Positions 55,583 to 64,000 of a stretch of 64,000 nt of DNA are shown in pieces (the stretch's first letter is position 1; each line of letters starts with the position of its first letter). The translations under genes and the position numbers were made by a program. The stretch covers positions 12,308 to 76,307 of the forward strand of contig DATGRI010000020.1 of NCBI GenBank assembly GCA_035303785.1, written 5' to 3'. Origin of the DNA: Sphingobacteriaceae bacterium. GTDB lineage: Bacteria; Bacillota; Sulfobacillia; Thermaerobacterales; RSA17. Under the pieces are notes generated by a model. The model was not told the origin of the DNA and made no database searches. It saw only the letters and a program-made list of their open reading frames with translations.

Positions 55583-56116
55583 TCAGCCGGCCTGCTGGGC
55601 GAACTGGGCGTCGATGGACATGACCACGTCGTCGCCCACCAGAAAGCCGCCCGTCTCCAGGACGGCGTTCCACTCCAGGCCGAAGTCCTTGCGGTTTACC
55701 TTGCCTTCGGCGGTGAGGGCCGCCTTCTTGTTGCCCCAAGGATCGGTGGCCACGCCCAGCACAGTGGTGTCCAGCTCTACTTCCTTGGTCACGCCCCGGA
55801 TGGTCAGATCGCCCTTCACCGTGTACTGGTTGTCGCCGTTCTTGACAATCTCCTTGCTCTGAAAGGTGATCTCGGGGAACTTGTCTACTTCGAAGAAATC
55901 GGCGGAGCGCAGGTGGTTGTCCCGGTCCTCGACGTTGGTATCTACGGATGCGGCCTTGATGGTGGCTTGGATGCTGGCCGAGGTCAAGTCCTCGATATCG
56001 CCGGTGACGGTGGCGTCAAACTCCCGGAAGCGCCCCCTGACCTTGGAAATAAGATGGCGGACCGTGAACTCGACCTGGGTATGGGTTGGATCGACCGTCC
56101 ATACCGTGTTCGACAT
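55583..56116 (-). CDS. YceI-family (polyisoprenoid-binding-like) protein
   Basis: Contains WTVDPTHTQVEFTVRHLISKVRGRF, RDNHLRSADFFEVDKFPEITF and LTIRGVT. Confidence 0.85.
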   Translation of the reverse strand: MSNTVWTVDPTHTQVEFTVRHLISKVRGRFREFDATVTGDIEDLTSASIQATIKAASVDTNVEDRDNHLRSADFFEVDKFPEITFQSKEIVKNGDNQYTVKGDLTIRGVTKEVELDTTVLGVATDPWGNKKAALTAEGKVNRKDFGLEWNAVLETGGFLVGDDVVMSIDAQFAQQAG

Positions 56117-56159
56117 GGTGTGAACCCACCTCCTGGTTTTACTTACGAAAGATAATTCG

Positions 56160-56174
56160 CTAACATAATATTAG
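56160..56174. promoter_or_regulatory. 15-bp near-perfect palindrome (candidate operator) between divergent yceI-like and hxlR-like genes
   Basis: CTAACATAATATTAG; 6 of 7 arm positions are complementary. Confidence 0.3.
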
Positions 56175-56184
56175 TCTCCTGCCT

Positions 56185-56213
56185 AGATTACACCGCAGGG
56201 TTCAAGTTGTCAA
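56185..56213 (-). promoter_or_regulatory. Putative sigma-A promoter for the yceI-like gene
   Basis: On the minus strand: TTGACA, 17-nt spacer, TAATCT. Confidence 0.4.
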
Positions 56214-56228
56214 AGGTCTCGTGATAGC

Positions 56229-56558
56229 ATGTTGCCGGGAGGTAGCCCTTTGCCTTATGAACAGTGCTGCCCACGCTACGAGGCGGCAGTGCAATTGCTG
56301 GGGAAGCGCTGGACGGGCCTGATCATCAGGGCTTTAATGGTCGGCCCGCGCCGTTTTCGCGATCTCCAGCAGTACATCCCCGCCCTTAGTGATCGCCTCC
56401 TCTCGGAACGCCTCAAGGAACTGGAGCAGGCCGGGATAGTACGCCGTACCGTCTACCCTGAAACACCGGTACGGGTGGAGTATTCCCTTACGGAGCGGGG
56501 ACTTGCCCTCGAGCCCGTGGTGGCGGCCATCCAACACTGGGCGGAGCAGTGGCTCTGA
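56229..56558 (+). CDS. HxlR-family winged-helix transcriptional regulator
   Basis: Contains CPRYEAAVQLLGKRWTGLIIRAL…RRFRDLQ…LSERLKELEQAGIVRR…VEYSLTERG. An alternative TTG start at 56250 lies 7 nt after GGGAGG. Confidence 0.75.
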   Translation: MLPGGSPLPYEQCCPRYEAAVQLLGKRWTGLIIRALMVGPRRFRDLQQYIPALSDRLLSERLKELEQAGIVRRTVYPETPVRVEYSLTERGLALEPVVAAIQHWAEQWL

Positions 56559-56601
56559 ACCTCCGACTCGAGCCCGGCGCCCGCCGGCGCTATAGGGAGG
56601 A

Positions 56602-57555
56602 ATGGCTTTGCCAGGCACCGGGGTTTCATTGCCCGGACCTAATACTGTCCTTTTGGGTTTATTGGGTGATCCCGTATCCCATTCAGGCTCGCCGGCCATG
56701 CACAACGCCGCCTTCCGGGCCGTGGGGCGGGATGCTTGCTATTTGGCCTTCGGCGTGCCGGACAAGGACGTGCCCACCGTCGTCCGGGGCTTTCAAGCCG
56801 CCGGGGTGGTGGGCTTGAACGTTACCGTGCCCCATAAGGAGCAGGCCTTGGCCCTGGCCGACCGCGCCACCGACCGGGCCCGGGCGGTGGGAGCCGCCAA
56901 CGTGCTGGCCTTCCGGGAGGACGGCATTCTGGCCGACAACACCGACGGCGAGGGCTTCCTGCGGGCCCTGGGCGCCGCCGGGGTGGACCTGGCGCAGAAG
57001 ACGGTGCTCATGCTGGGGGCGGGAGGCGCCGCCCGGGCAGTGGCCGCCGCCTGCGCCACCGGCGGGGCCGGCCGTCTGGTGGTGGCCAATCGCTCCCTGG
57101 CCCGGGGGGAGGCGCTGCTGGCCCAGGTGCCCCTGGGTGCCACCGCCGGCATCCTCTGCCCCTTGGACTCGGTGCAGGAATGGCTTCCCCACGCCCAGGC
57201 CATCATTCAAGCTACCTCGCTGGGATTGAAGGATGACGATCCCCTTCCCCTACCTTTGGAGTTGTGGCCGGAGATTGAGCCCGGCACCGTGGTCATGGAC
57301 CTGCTGTACAAGCGGGGCGGCACGCCCTTCGTCCATCAAGCCGCAGCCCAGGGGCTTACGGCTTTGGATGGGCGGTCCATGCTGGTCTGGCAGGCGGCCC
57401 TATCCTGGGAAGTTTGGTTCGGGGAAATGGGTCCCGTCCAGGTGATGGCGGAAGCCCTGGACCGGTGGCTGGACGGCGATGACGGCGGCGATGCTGGCCC
57501 GTCGGGTGAGGTTGGACAGGCCGGCCACGGCGGCGGGGCCGGCCGGGAGAAATAG
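56602..57555 (+). CDS. aroE: Shikimate dehydrogenase
   Basis: Contains GDPVSHSGSPAMHNAAF, LNVTVPHK, ANVL, NTDGEGF and GAGGAARAV. It has a Gly/Asp-rich C-terminal extension. Confidence 0.8.
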   Translation: MALPGTGVSLPGPNTVLLGLLGDPVSHSGSPAMHNAAFRAVGRDACYLAFGVPDKDVPTVVRGFQAAGVVGLNVTVPHKEQALALADRATDRARAVGAANVLAFREDGILADNTDGEGFLRALGAAGVDLAQKTVLMLGAGGAARAVAAACATGGAGRLVVANRSLARGEALLAQVPLGATAGILCPLDSVQEWLPHAQAIIQATSLGLKDDDPLPLPLELWPEIEPGTVVMDLLYKRGGTPFVHQAAAQGLTALDGRSMLVWQAALSWEVWFGEMGPVQVMAEALDRWLDGDDGGDAGPSGEVGQAGHGGGAGREK

Positions 57556-58269
57556 ATGGGGGCGGCCGGTTGGTCCCCAGCCGTGGCCGCAGGCATCGTC
57601 CTGGCCGGGCTGGGCACCGGGCCCTTGGCTGCCCGGTGGGCGGCGGGGTGGTGCCGGGGCGTGGTCGCATCCGGCGATACCGGTGGCGCGGGCGATGTCT
57701 CGTTGCGTACCGGCGATGCCGGTGGCACCGGCGACGTATCGTTGCCCGTGGGCGATGGCGGCGGCGCAGCTTCCCTCCTCTGGGGCGCCGGACTGGCGGC
57801 CGGCTGGCTCCTGGCCTACAGCCGCTTCCGCCTGGGCGGCGCCTTCCTGCCGGTGGCGGTCCTCTGGTTTTTCCTATTGATAGTGGCAGTGGTGGATAGC
57901 CACACCCATCGGATTCCCGACCGGCTGCTGGCCTGGGCGGCTTCGGCCACCGTCCCCCTGGCTTGGGGGACAGGGGTCACCCCTTGGGCCGAAGGCCTGG
58001 CAGGTGCCGCCGCCTGCGGCGGCTTCCTCCTGGCGGTGGCCTTGGCCGGCAAGGGCAGCCTGGGCGGGGGCGACGTGAAATTAGGCGCCCTGCTGGGCAG
58101 CCTCCTGGGCTGGCGCCTGGGGGCCGTAGCCCTGGCCCTGGGCTTTGCGGCGGGGGCCGCGGCAGGACTGGCCCTGCTGTTGTTGAAACTCAAGGGCCGT
58201 GACGATTTCATGGCCTTCGGCCCGTATTTGGCCTTGGGCGCCGCAATGGCCCTGTTCTGGGGCTGGTGA
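57556..58269 (+). CDS. Prepilin (type IV) peptidase, A24 family, with a repeat-containing N-terminal region
   Basis: Catalytic Asp motifs are VVDSHTHRIPD and GGGDVKL. The product is polytopic. The start overlaps the aroE stop. Confidence 0.7.
   Translation: MGAAGWSPAVAAGIVLAGLGTGPLAARWAAGWCRGVVASGDTGGAGDVSLRTGDAGGTGDVSLPVGDGGGAASLLWGAGLAAGWLLAYSRFRLGGAFLPVAVLWFFLLIVAVVDSHTHRIPDRLLAWAASATVPLAWGTGVTPWAEGLAGAAACGGFLLAVALAGKGSLGGGDVKLGALLGSLLGWRLGAVALALGFAAGAAAGLALLLLKLKGRDDFMAFGPYLALGAAMALFWGW
57673..57767 (+). repeat. In-frame 39-bp tandem repeat (about 2.4 copies) inside the prepilin peptidase gene
   Basis: ggcgataccggtggcgcgggcgatgtctcgttgcgtacc / ggcgatgccggtggcaccggcgacgtatcgttgcccgtg / ggcgatggcggcggcgc. 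These encode GDTGGAGDVSLRT / GDAGGTGDVSLPV / GDGGGA. Confidence 0.8.
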
Positions 58270-58281
58270 GGAGGAAAATGA

Positions 58282-59538
58282 TTGCCGTCTTTGCGTTGGT
58301 TTACCGCCGGTGAATCCCATGGACCCGGCCTCACCGCCATCGTGGAAGGAATGCCCGCCGGCGTCCCCTTGACCGCCGACCAGATCACGTACCAGCTTCG
58401 TCGCCGGCAGCTGGGCTACGGCCGGGGCAAGCGCCAGCAGATCGAGCAGGACACCGTGGAGATTCTCGGCGGTGTGCGGGACGGCCGCACCCTGGGCAGC
58501 CCCATCGCCATGCTGGTCCGCAACAAGGACTGGCCCAACTGGGAAAACATCATGTCCGTGGGCCCCATCACCGAGCCCGGCAAGCGCACTCTGACCCGGC
58601 CCAGGCCCGGCCACGCCGACCTGGCGGGGGGGCTGAAGTACGGCCACGAAGACCTGCGCAACGTGCTGGAGCGCTCCAGCGCCCGGGAGACGGCCATGCG
58701 GGTGGCCGCCGGCACCGTGGCCCGCCAGCTGCTGAAGGCCCTGGGCATCGAGATTTTCGGCCACGTCATCGAGGTGGGGCCGGTGCGGGCTGAGACGGAG
58801 CGGTTCCGCCAGCCCTGGGATGCCCTCAAGGGGGAGCGGGTCCAGACCGTCGACGTCCCCGCCCTCCAGGCGGCCATTGAGGAATCGGACCTGCGGGTGC
58901 TGGATCCCGAGGCCGAAAAGGCCATGAAGCAGTTCATCGACGAAGCCCGCGACAGTCTGGATTCCGTGGGCGGCATTTTTGAGGTGGTGGCCGTGGGCGT
59001 GCCGCCGGGACTGGGGTCCCACGTCCAATGGGACCGCCGCCTGGACGGCCTCATCGCCCAGGCCATGATGAGCATCCAGGCCATGAAGGGCGTCTCCTTC
59101 GGCATCGGCTTCCAGGCGGGCCGGCTGGTGGGCTCCCAGGTGCAGGACGAAATCTTCTGGTCCCGGGAACGGGGCCTGTACCGGGAAACCAACCGGCTGG
59201 GGGGCCTGGAGGGCGGCATGACCAACGGCGAGCCGGTGGTGGTGCGGGTGGCCATGAAGCCCATCCCCACCTTGCGCAAGCCCCTCCGCAGCGTGGACCT
59301 GGCCACCTTGACCCCATTCGACGCCGCCCGGGAGCGGTCCGATACTGCAGCCATCGCCGCAACGCCCGTCATCGGCGAGGCCATGCTGGCCCTGGTCCTG
59401 GCCGACGCCTGCCTGGACAAGTTCGGCGGCGACTCCCTGAAGGAAGTGCAGCGCAATTACCGGGCCTACCTGGCGGAACTGGCGGAACGGGGTTGGTTGC
59501 CCGCTGAAGGGAGACAGCCCCTTGACCAGGAGGCCTGA
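58282..59538 (+). CDS. aroC: Chorismate synthase
   Basis: Contains [26 protein letters not shown] and GGISNG-like [13 protein letters not shown] is 6 nt after GAGGAGGA. Confidence 0.9.
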   Translation: MPSLRWFTAGESHGPGLTAIVEGMPAGVPLTADQITYQLRRRQLGYGRGKRQQIEQDTVEILGGVRDGRTLGSPIAMLVRNKDWPNWENIMSVGPITEPGKRTLTRPRPGHADLAGGLKYGHEDLRNVLERSSARETAMRVAAGTVARQLLKALGIEIFGHVIEVGPVRAETERFRQPWDALKGERVQTVDVPALQAAIEESDLRVLDPEAEKAMKQFIDEARDSLDSVGGIFEVVAVGVPPGLGSHVQWDRRLDGLIAQAMMSIQAMKGVSFGIGFQAGRLVGSQVQDEIFWSRERGLYRETNRLGGLEGGMTNGEPVVVRVAMKPIPTLRKPLRSVDLATLTPFDAARERSDTAAIAATPVIGEAMLALVLADACLDKFGGDSLKEVQRNYRAYLAELAERGWLPAEGRQPLDQEA

Positions 59539-61339
59539 AGCCGGCTCCCCGGCCCCGTGGGCGGCCGGCGACGGCGGTGCCATCCCGTGCAGCACCTTCC
59601 CCTTTGCTAAACCCCGGCGCATCGTGCTGATCGGGCCCATGGCCGTAGGCAAGACCACGGTGGCCGCCATGCTGGCCGACCGCCTGGGCTGGCCCTGGCT
59701 GGACACCGACCGGATGGTCACCGAATCCGCCGGCCAATCCATTACCGAGATTTTTGCCCATCAAGGGGAAGGGGCATTTCGCGCCCGGGAAAAGGCGGCC
59801 CTGGAGAAGGCTTTGGCCCAGGAGCCCGTGGTGGTGGCCACGGGCGGCGGCGCCGTGCTGGATCCCGACAACCGGGCGGCCATACAGGCCGCCGGGGCGG
59901 TAGTGGCCCTGGCCGCCGAGCCCGACCAGGTGGCCGGGCGCCTGACCAAGGCCCAGCAGGCCCGGCGCCCCCTGCTGGCCGGCGACGACCCGGTGGCGGC
60001 CTGGGGGCGGCTATGGCGGGAGCGCCGGCCCCTCTACCGCGAGACCGCCCACCTGTGGCTGGACGCCGGAGCCATGGATCCTGAACAGATGGTGGAACTC
60101 ATCATGCAGGCCTTGGGCTTCGCCCCCATGTCCACCGAGGCCTACCGCGCCTCCGACGAGGGCGGAACCGCGGGCGAGCCCGGCGCACCAGCCCAGCCCC
60201 GCTGCTGGCGCCGCCTGCCGGTGGGCCTGCCCGACGCGCCGTACCCCGTCTGGATCGGCGCCGGCCTCATGGATGAGATGGGCTCCTTCATTGCAGCCAT
60301 GCCCCGCCCGCCCCAGCAGGTGCTGGTGGTCACCGACAGCCACGTGGAACCCCTTTTCGGCCGGCGGGTCGAAGCGTCGCTGGAGGCCGCCGGCGTCGCC
60401 CACACCCGGTTTGTCGTCCCCGCCGGCGAGGAGCACAAAAACCTGGCCCAGACCGCCCGGGTCATCGACGCCGCCGTGGCGGCGGGCCTGGATCGCCACG
60501 ACATGATGGTGGCCGTGGGGGGCGGCATGGTGGGCGACCTGACGGGCTTCGCCGCCGCCACCTACCTGCGGGGCATCCGCTGGGTCCAAGTTCCTACTAC
60601 CCTCCTAGCCCAGGTGGACGCCAGCGTGGGCGGCAAGACGGGCGTCAACCATCCCCAAGGGAAAAACCTCATCGGCGCCTTCCACCAGCCTGTGCTGGTC
60701 TTGGCCGACACCGGCACCCTGGCCACCCTGCCCCCGGCGGAATGGCGCTCGGGCCTGGCCGAAGTGGTGAAGCACGGCTTTCTCAGCGGCGGTGCCTACT
60801 TGTCTTTCATCCGCACCCACGGCGACGCTCTGCGCAGCGGTCCCACCCGGCTCCCAGACCTGCTGCTGGCGGCTTTGGTGGCCGGCTCCGTAGCCATCAA
60901 GGCGGCGGTGGTGGTGGCCGACGAGCGGGAGCAGAACCTGCGGGCCCTCCTGAACCTGGGCCACACCATCGGCCACGCCATCGAAGCGGTGGCGGGCTAC
61001 GGCCGGCTCCGCCACGGTGAAGCAGTGGCCATCGGCATGGCGGCCGCCGCCCAGATGGCGGAGCACCTGGACCTCATCACAGCCCCCCAGCGCCGGGAAG
61101 TGGAAGAGAACCTGGCCCTGCTGGGCCTGCCCACCCGGCTTCCTCCCGTCCCCGGCAAGGATGCCGTTGCCGACATAATGGCTGCCACCGCCACCGACAA
61201 GAAGCGGCAACGGGGAGCCATGCGCTGGGTGCTGCCCATCGCCGGCGAGCACGGCCTGGGCGGCGCCGTGATCCGCTCCGACGTCCCCACCCATTTGGTG
61301 TCTGAAGTCCTGTCCCGTCTCACGGAGCCCGCCCCCTAA
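59522..61339 (+). CDS. Bifunctional shikimate kinase / 3-dehydroquinate synthase (AroK-AroB fusion)
   Basis: The N-terminal part has P-loop [15 protein letters not shown] and GGGAV. The C-terminal ~370 aa has [38 protein letters not shown] and [11 protein letters not shown]. It is one continuous frame and overlaps the aroC end by 17 nt. Confidence 0.8.
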   Translation: MTRRPEAGSPAPWAAGDGGAIPCSTFPFAKPRRIVLIGPMAVGKTTVAAMLADRLGWPWLDTDRMVTESAGQSITEIFAHQGEGAFRAREKAALEKALAQEPVVVATGGGAVLDPDNRAAIQAAGAVVALAAEPDQVAGRLTKAQQARRPLLAGDDPVAAWGRLWRERRPLYRETAHLWLDAGAMDPEQMVELIMQALGFAPMSTEAYRASDEGGTAGEPGAPAQPRCWRRLPVGLPDAPYPVWIGAGLMDEMGSFIAAMPRPPQQVLVVTDSHVEPLFGRRVEASLEAAGVAHTRFVVPAGEEHKNLAQTARVIDAAVAAGLDRHDMMVAVGGGMVGDLTGFAAATYLRGIRWVQVPTTLLAQVDASVGGKTGVNHPQGKNLIGAFHQPVLVLADTGTLATLPPAEWRSGLAEVVKHGFLSGGAYLSFIRTHGDALRSGPTRLPDLLLAALVAGSVAIKAAVVVADEREQNLRALLNLGHTIGHAIEAVAGYGRLRHGEAVAIGMAAAAQMAEHLDLITAPQRREVEENLALLGLPTRLPPVPGKDAVADIMAATATDKKRQRGAMRWVLPIAGEHGLGGAVIRSDVPTHLVSEVLSRLTEPAP

Positions 61340-61439
61340 CGGAAAAGGTGCCTGCTCCCGATATTTATTGGGAGCAAAGGACCCCGTGGGGCCTAGCCCG
61401 CATAGTCCTCAGCGCCTATGCCGGGAAGGGGGTATCACC

Positions 61440-62657
61440 GTGCATGAGCGGTCGGGGAGTGTAGTAGCCGGCACCGATCCCGAGCGCAACATGGACCGCA
61501 TCATCGAGAACACCCGCGCGGCCATGGAGCAGGCCCGCGAGGCAATCTTCGACCTGGCCGAGGAACTGCGGGCTGAACTCCATGAGGTGGAAGAAAGCCT
61601 GGAACTGGTCCGGGTGGAAGTCCGGCAGCAAATCGAACTGGTGGAGACCCTCAACCGGGAGGAGCGAGAGAGCCGGCGCCTCCTGCTGGTTCTGAGCCGC
61701 AGGGCCCATGAAGTGGGCTACCAGCGGGTGCGGGAGGCCTACCAGCAGGCCAACGACATCCAGTGGCGCCTCCAGGCCGCCCATGAACGGGAACAGCAGC
61801 TGCGGCGCCTGCGGGACAACCTGGAGCGCCGGTGGCGGGCCCTAAAGCGGAGTCTGGAGCGGGCCGAAAGCCTGGTGAGCCAGGTGGGCCTGGCCCTGGG
61901 CTTCCTGAAGGGAAACCTGGTGTGCTTCAAGCCCTTCGGCAAGGAGCCTTTGGACCGGCGCACCCTGGCCTTTGCCCTCATTCGCGCCCAGGAAGAAGAA
62001 CGCCAGCGGCTGGCCCGGGATATCCACGACGGGCCTGCCCAGCTGCTGGCCAATGTTTCCCTCCGATTGCAGACGGCCCAAGAAGGATTGATCCGGGACC
62101 AGGAGCGGGCCCGGGAGGAATTGGCGGGCCTCAACGACATCGTGCGCCAGAGCCTCCATGAAGTGCGCCGCATAATTTTCAATCTCCGCACTGTGGATGT
62201 GCGGGAACTGGGCCTGGCCGGCGGCCTGAAGGTGCTGGTCACGGAAATGCAGCAGCGCACCGGGCTGCGCTGTGAACTGGAAATGGACGTGCCGGAGCAT
62301 TTCGAGTACCCGCCCTACCTGACCATCACCGCCATCCGCGTCGTCCAGGAAGCCCTGAACAATGTGGTGCGCCATGCCGGCGTGGACACGGCGACGGTGA
62401 AAGTGTGGGCCGATGAAGATAACATCCACCTGGCCATCAAGGACGAAGGCCGCGGCATGGACCCGGAAATTTTGACCAAGGGCCCCACCGGTCCCCACTT
62501 CGGCTTGGCGGTGATGCGGGAGCGGGTCGAGTTGCTGGAAGGCACCATGAAGATCACCAGCGCTGTCGGTGAAGGGACTTTGGTAGAGGTGACTTTGCTG
62601 GTAGGAGGGGGGCAGACGCTTTCCGATGCGGATCATACGGCTGTTGATAGCGGATGA
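61440..62657 (+). CDS. degS: DegS-type cytoplasmic sensor histidine kinase (HisKA_3 + HATPase_c)
   Basis: Contains RAESLVSQVGLALGFLKGNL, IRAQEEERQRLARDIHDGPAQLLAN, and N/G boxes EALNNVVRH and DEGRGMD…GLAVMRERVELLEGTM. GTG at 61440 is 7 nt after GGAAGGGGG. Confidence 0.8.
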   Translation: MHERSGSVVAGTDPERNMDRIIENTRAAMEQAREAIFDLAEELRAELHEVEESLELVRVEVRQQIELVETLNREERESRRLLLVLSRRAHEVGYQRVREAYQQANDIQWRLQAAHEREQQLRRLRDNLERRWRALKRSLERAESLVSQVGLALGFLKGNLVCFKPFGKEPLDRRTLAFALIRAQEEERQRLARDIHDGPAQLLANVSLRLQTAQEGLIRDQERAREELAGLNDIVRQSLHEVRRIIFNLRTVDVRELGLAGGLKVLVTEMQQRTGLRCELEMDVPEHFEYPPYLTITAIRVVQEALNNVVRHAGVDTATVKVWADEDNIHLAIKDEGRGMDPEILTKGPTGPHFGLAVMRERVELLEGTMKITSAVGEGTLVEVTLLVGGGQTLSDADHTAVDSG

Positions 62658-63300
62658 TCATGTGCTGTTCCGGAAGGGTTTGTGCCAAGCCCTGACGCAA
62701 GAGCCCGATCTGGAAGTAGTAGGAAAGGCCGCCGACGGCAACGAGGCAATCACCAAAGCGGTCGCCCTGAAGCCCGACGTGGTGGTGATGGACCTGGCCA
62801 TGCCCGTCTTGAGCGGCATCGAAGCGGCCCGGCAGATCCGCCGCCAGCAGCCCGAAGTGTCGGTGTTGATCTTGACGGCCTACGACGACGACGAAAACCT
62901 GCTGTCGGCCATGTCCGCCGGGGTCAGCGGCTACGTGCTGAAGGACGTGGCCCCGTCGGAGCTGGTGGAGGCCATCCGGGCCTGCGCCAGGGGCGAGGGC
63001 TACTTGAATCCCGTCATGGCCGCCAAGGTGCTCCGCCGCCTGGGAACGACGGGCGGCATCAAGCAGGGGGGCTCTCCCGGGGCCGTCACGGGCGTCAACG
63101 ACAAGGGCCTCACGCCCCGGGAATTCGAGGTGCTGGAGCAAATCGCCATCGGCGCCAGCAACCGGGACATCGCCCAGCGCCTGTTCATCAGCGAGAGCAC
63201 CGTCAAGAACCACGTCACCAACATCTTCCGCAAGCTGTCGGTAACCGACCGCACCCAGGCGGTGCTGTACGCCCTGAAAAAGGGATGGGTCAAAGTGTAG
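62626..63300 (+). CDS. degU: DegU-type NarL/LuxR-family response regulator
   Basis: Contains LLIADDHVLFR, VVVMDLAMP, LTPREFEVL…STVKNHVTNIFRKL and TDRTQAVLYALKKGWV. It overlaps degS by 32 nt. Confidence 0.85.
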   Translation: MRIIRLLIADDHVLFRKGLCQALTQEPDLEVVGKAADGNEAITKAVALKPDVVVMDLAMPVLSGIEAARQIRRQQPEVSVLILTAYDDDENLLSAMSAGVSGYVLKDVAPSELVEAIRACARGEGYLNPVMAAKVLRRLGTTGGIKQGGSPGAVTGVNDKGLTPREFEVLEQIAIGASNRDIAQRLFISESTVKNHVTNIFRKLSVTDRTQAVLYALKKGWVKV

Positions 63301-63338
63301 CAGGGAGGGATGGGCAGGCAGCGGCCCGTCCCTCCCTG
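63301..63338. terminator. Perfect 10-bp-stem hairpin between convergent genes (possible bidirectional terminator; no clear U-tract)
   Basis: cagggaggga (63301-63310) pairs with tccctccctg (63329-63338). Confidence 0.4.
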
Positions 63339-63381
63339 AACCGCCCGGCATGCTTTTGGGCCGAATGAGAACCCTGCCCGG

Positions 63382-64000
63382 CTAGTCCGTCAGCACCACC
63401 CGCAGCAATTCCACCGAAGATTCGTCCCCAGGCTCATCGGGGTTCGGCTCCGGCCCATGGTCCGGCGGCTGAGGGTTGCCCACATGGAGCCATAAGGTGA
63501 CCTCCCGGGTGACGCCGGGGAAGAAGGCCGTCACCGTTACCGGATAGGCATCGGGCGGCAGGTAAAGGGGCGCCGTGTCCCCCGCCCGCCATTGGCCCTC
63601 CCCGACGGGGGAAAGTTCCGCCTGGCCGCCGGCCCAGGCAAGGGTGACCTTCTGGGCATCGCCCGTGGTGAGGGCCGTTACGGTGAAGGCATCCCCCGGC
63701 AGGACCTGGCTGGGCTCCAAGTAGGCGGTCAAGCGCCGGTAGATGATTTCCAGGGGCATCTTCACGCTGCTGTGCTCCTGGCCTTTCACGTCCTCCAGGA
63801 AGGCTTGATAGTAATAAGTTCCCGCCGGCAGCTCGCTGCCGTCGTCGTGCCGGCCGATCCAGGCCACAGACTCAGGGAGTTTGCCGTTCTGACCCGTTCC
63901 CCAGACCCGCCGGCCTTGACCGTCAACGACGGTGAGGGACCACCGGCGGATGTTCCGGTTGCGCAAACCCTTCAGGGCGAAGACCGTTACGTCTTCAAAC
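63382..64000 (-). CDS. Secreted/Ig-like-domain protein with FlgD-Ig-like segment, C-terminal part (5' end outside the window)
   Basis: The frame stays open to the window edge. Contains W…GRHDDGSELPAGTYYYQAF (a FlgD Ig-like pattern) and beta-rich repeats. Confidence 0.45.
   Translation of the reverse strand, partial: FEDVTVFALKGLRNRNIRRWSLTVVDGQGRRVWGTGQNGKLPESVAWIGRHDDGSELPAGTYYYQAFLEDVKGQEHSSVKMPLEIIYRRLTAYLEPSQVLPGDAFTVTALTTGDAQKVTLAWAGGQAELSPVGEGQWRAGDTAPLYLPPDAYPVTVTAFFPGVTREVTLWLHVGNPQPPDHGPEPNPDEPGDESSVELLRVVLTD

Noticed and set aside
1-64000. Search for a CRISPR array or further cas genes to go with the Cas6-like protein
   Set aside because: I saw no regularly spaced direct repeats of 25-40 bp in any intergenic region, and no other Cas-like ORFs. 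The only tandem repeats are 2 x 16 bp, 3 x 15 bp and the 39-bp coding repeat.

Overview
This window is a 64-kb chromosomal segment from a high-GC, Gram-positive, spore-former-like bacterium. That placement is inference. It rests on GGAGG ribosome-binding sites, frequent ATGA/GTGA start-stop overlaps, sporulation genes (pro-sigma-K, YtaF-like, DUF1540) and Bacillus-type gene order: recJ-relA-dtd-hisS-aspS, rarA-Rrf2-cysteine desulfurase-mnmA, alaS-IreB-ruvX-DUF1292-mltG, and degS-degU. Most of the window is housekeeping. It encodes ccmB/C/D heme export, mdh, malic enzyme, sucCD, heme biosynthesis (hemA, hemC, hemD, hemB), a MeaB-type GTPase, an M16 peptidase pair, aminoacyl-tRNA synthetases with an Ala T-box leader, one tRNA-Pro(CGG), thyX, an acyl-CoA ligase and shikimate-pathway genes including an AroK-AroB fusion. 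Many very long ORFs in the track are antisense or off-frame shadows typical of GC-rich DNA, and I rejected them. Five things do not look like housekeeping. (1) A two-gene operon encodes a wHTH-WYL regulator and an orphan Cas6/RAMP-like protein, with no CRISPR array or other cas gene in 64 kb. (2) A translationally coupled pair encodes a ChlI/BchI-like AAA+ ATPase and a vWA protein, each carrying unusual extra regions. (3) A diverged repeated element of about 230 bp, with a conserved hairpin, occurs in three low-GC pockets. (4) A low-GC islet with two small ORFs abuts the 3' end of sigK. (5) A lipoprotein has a mature part that is half Asp/Glu. I found no CRISPR array, rRNA or intact transposase.
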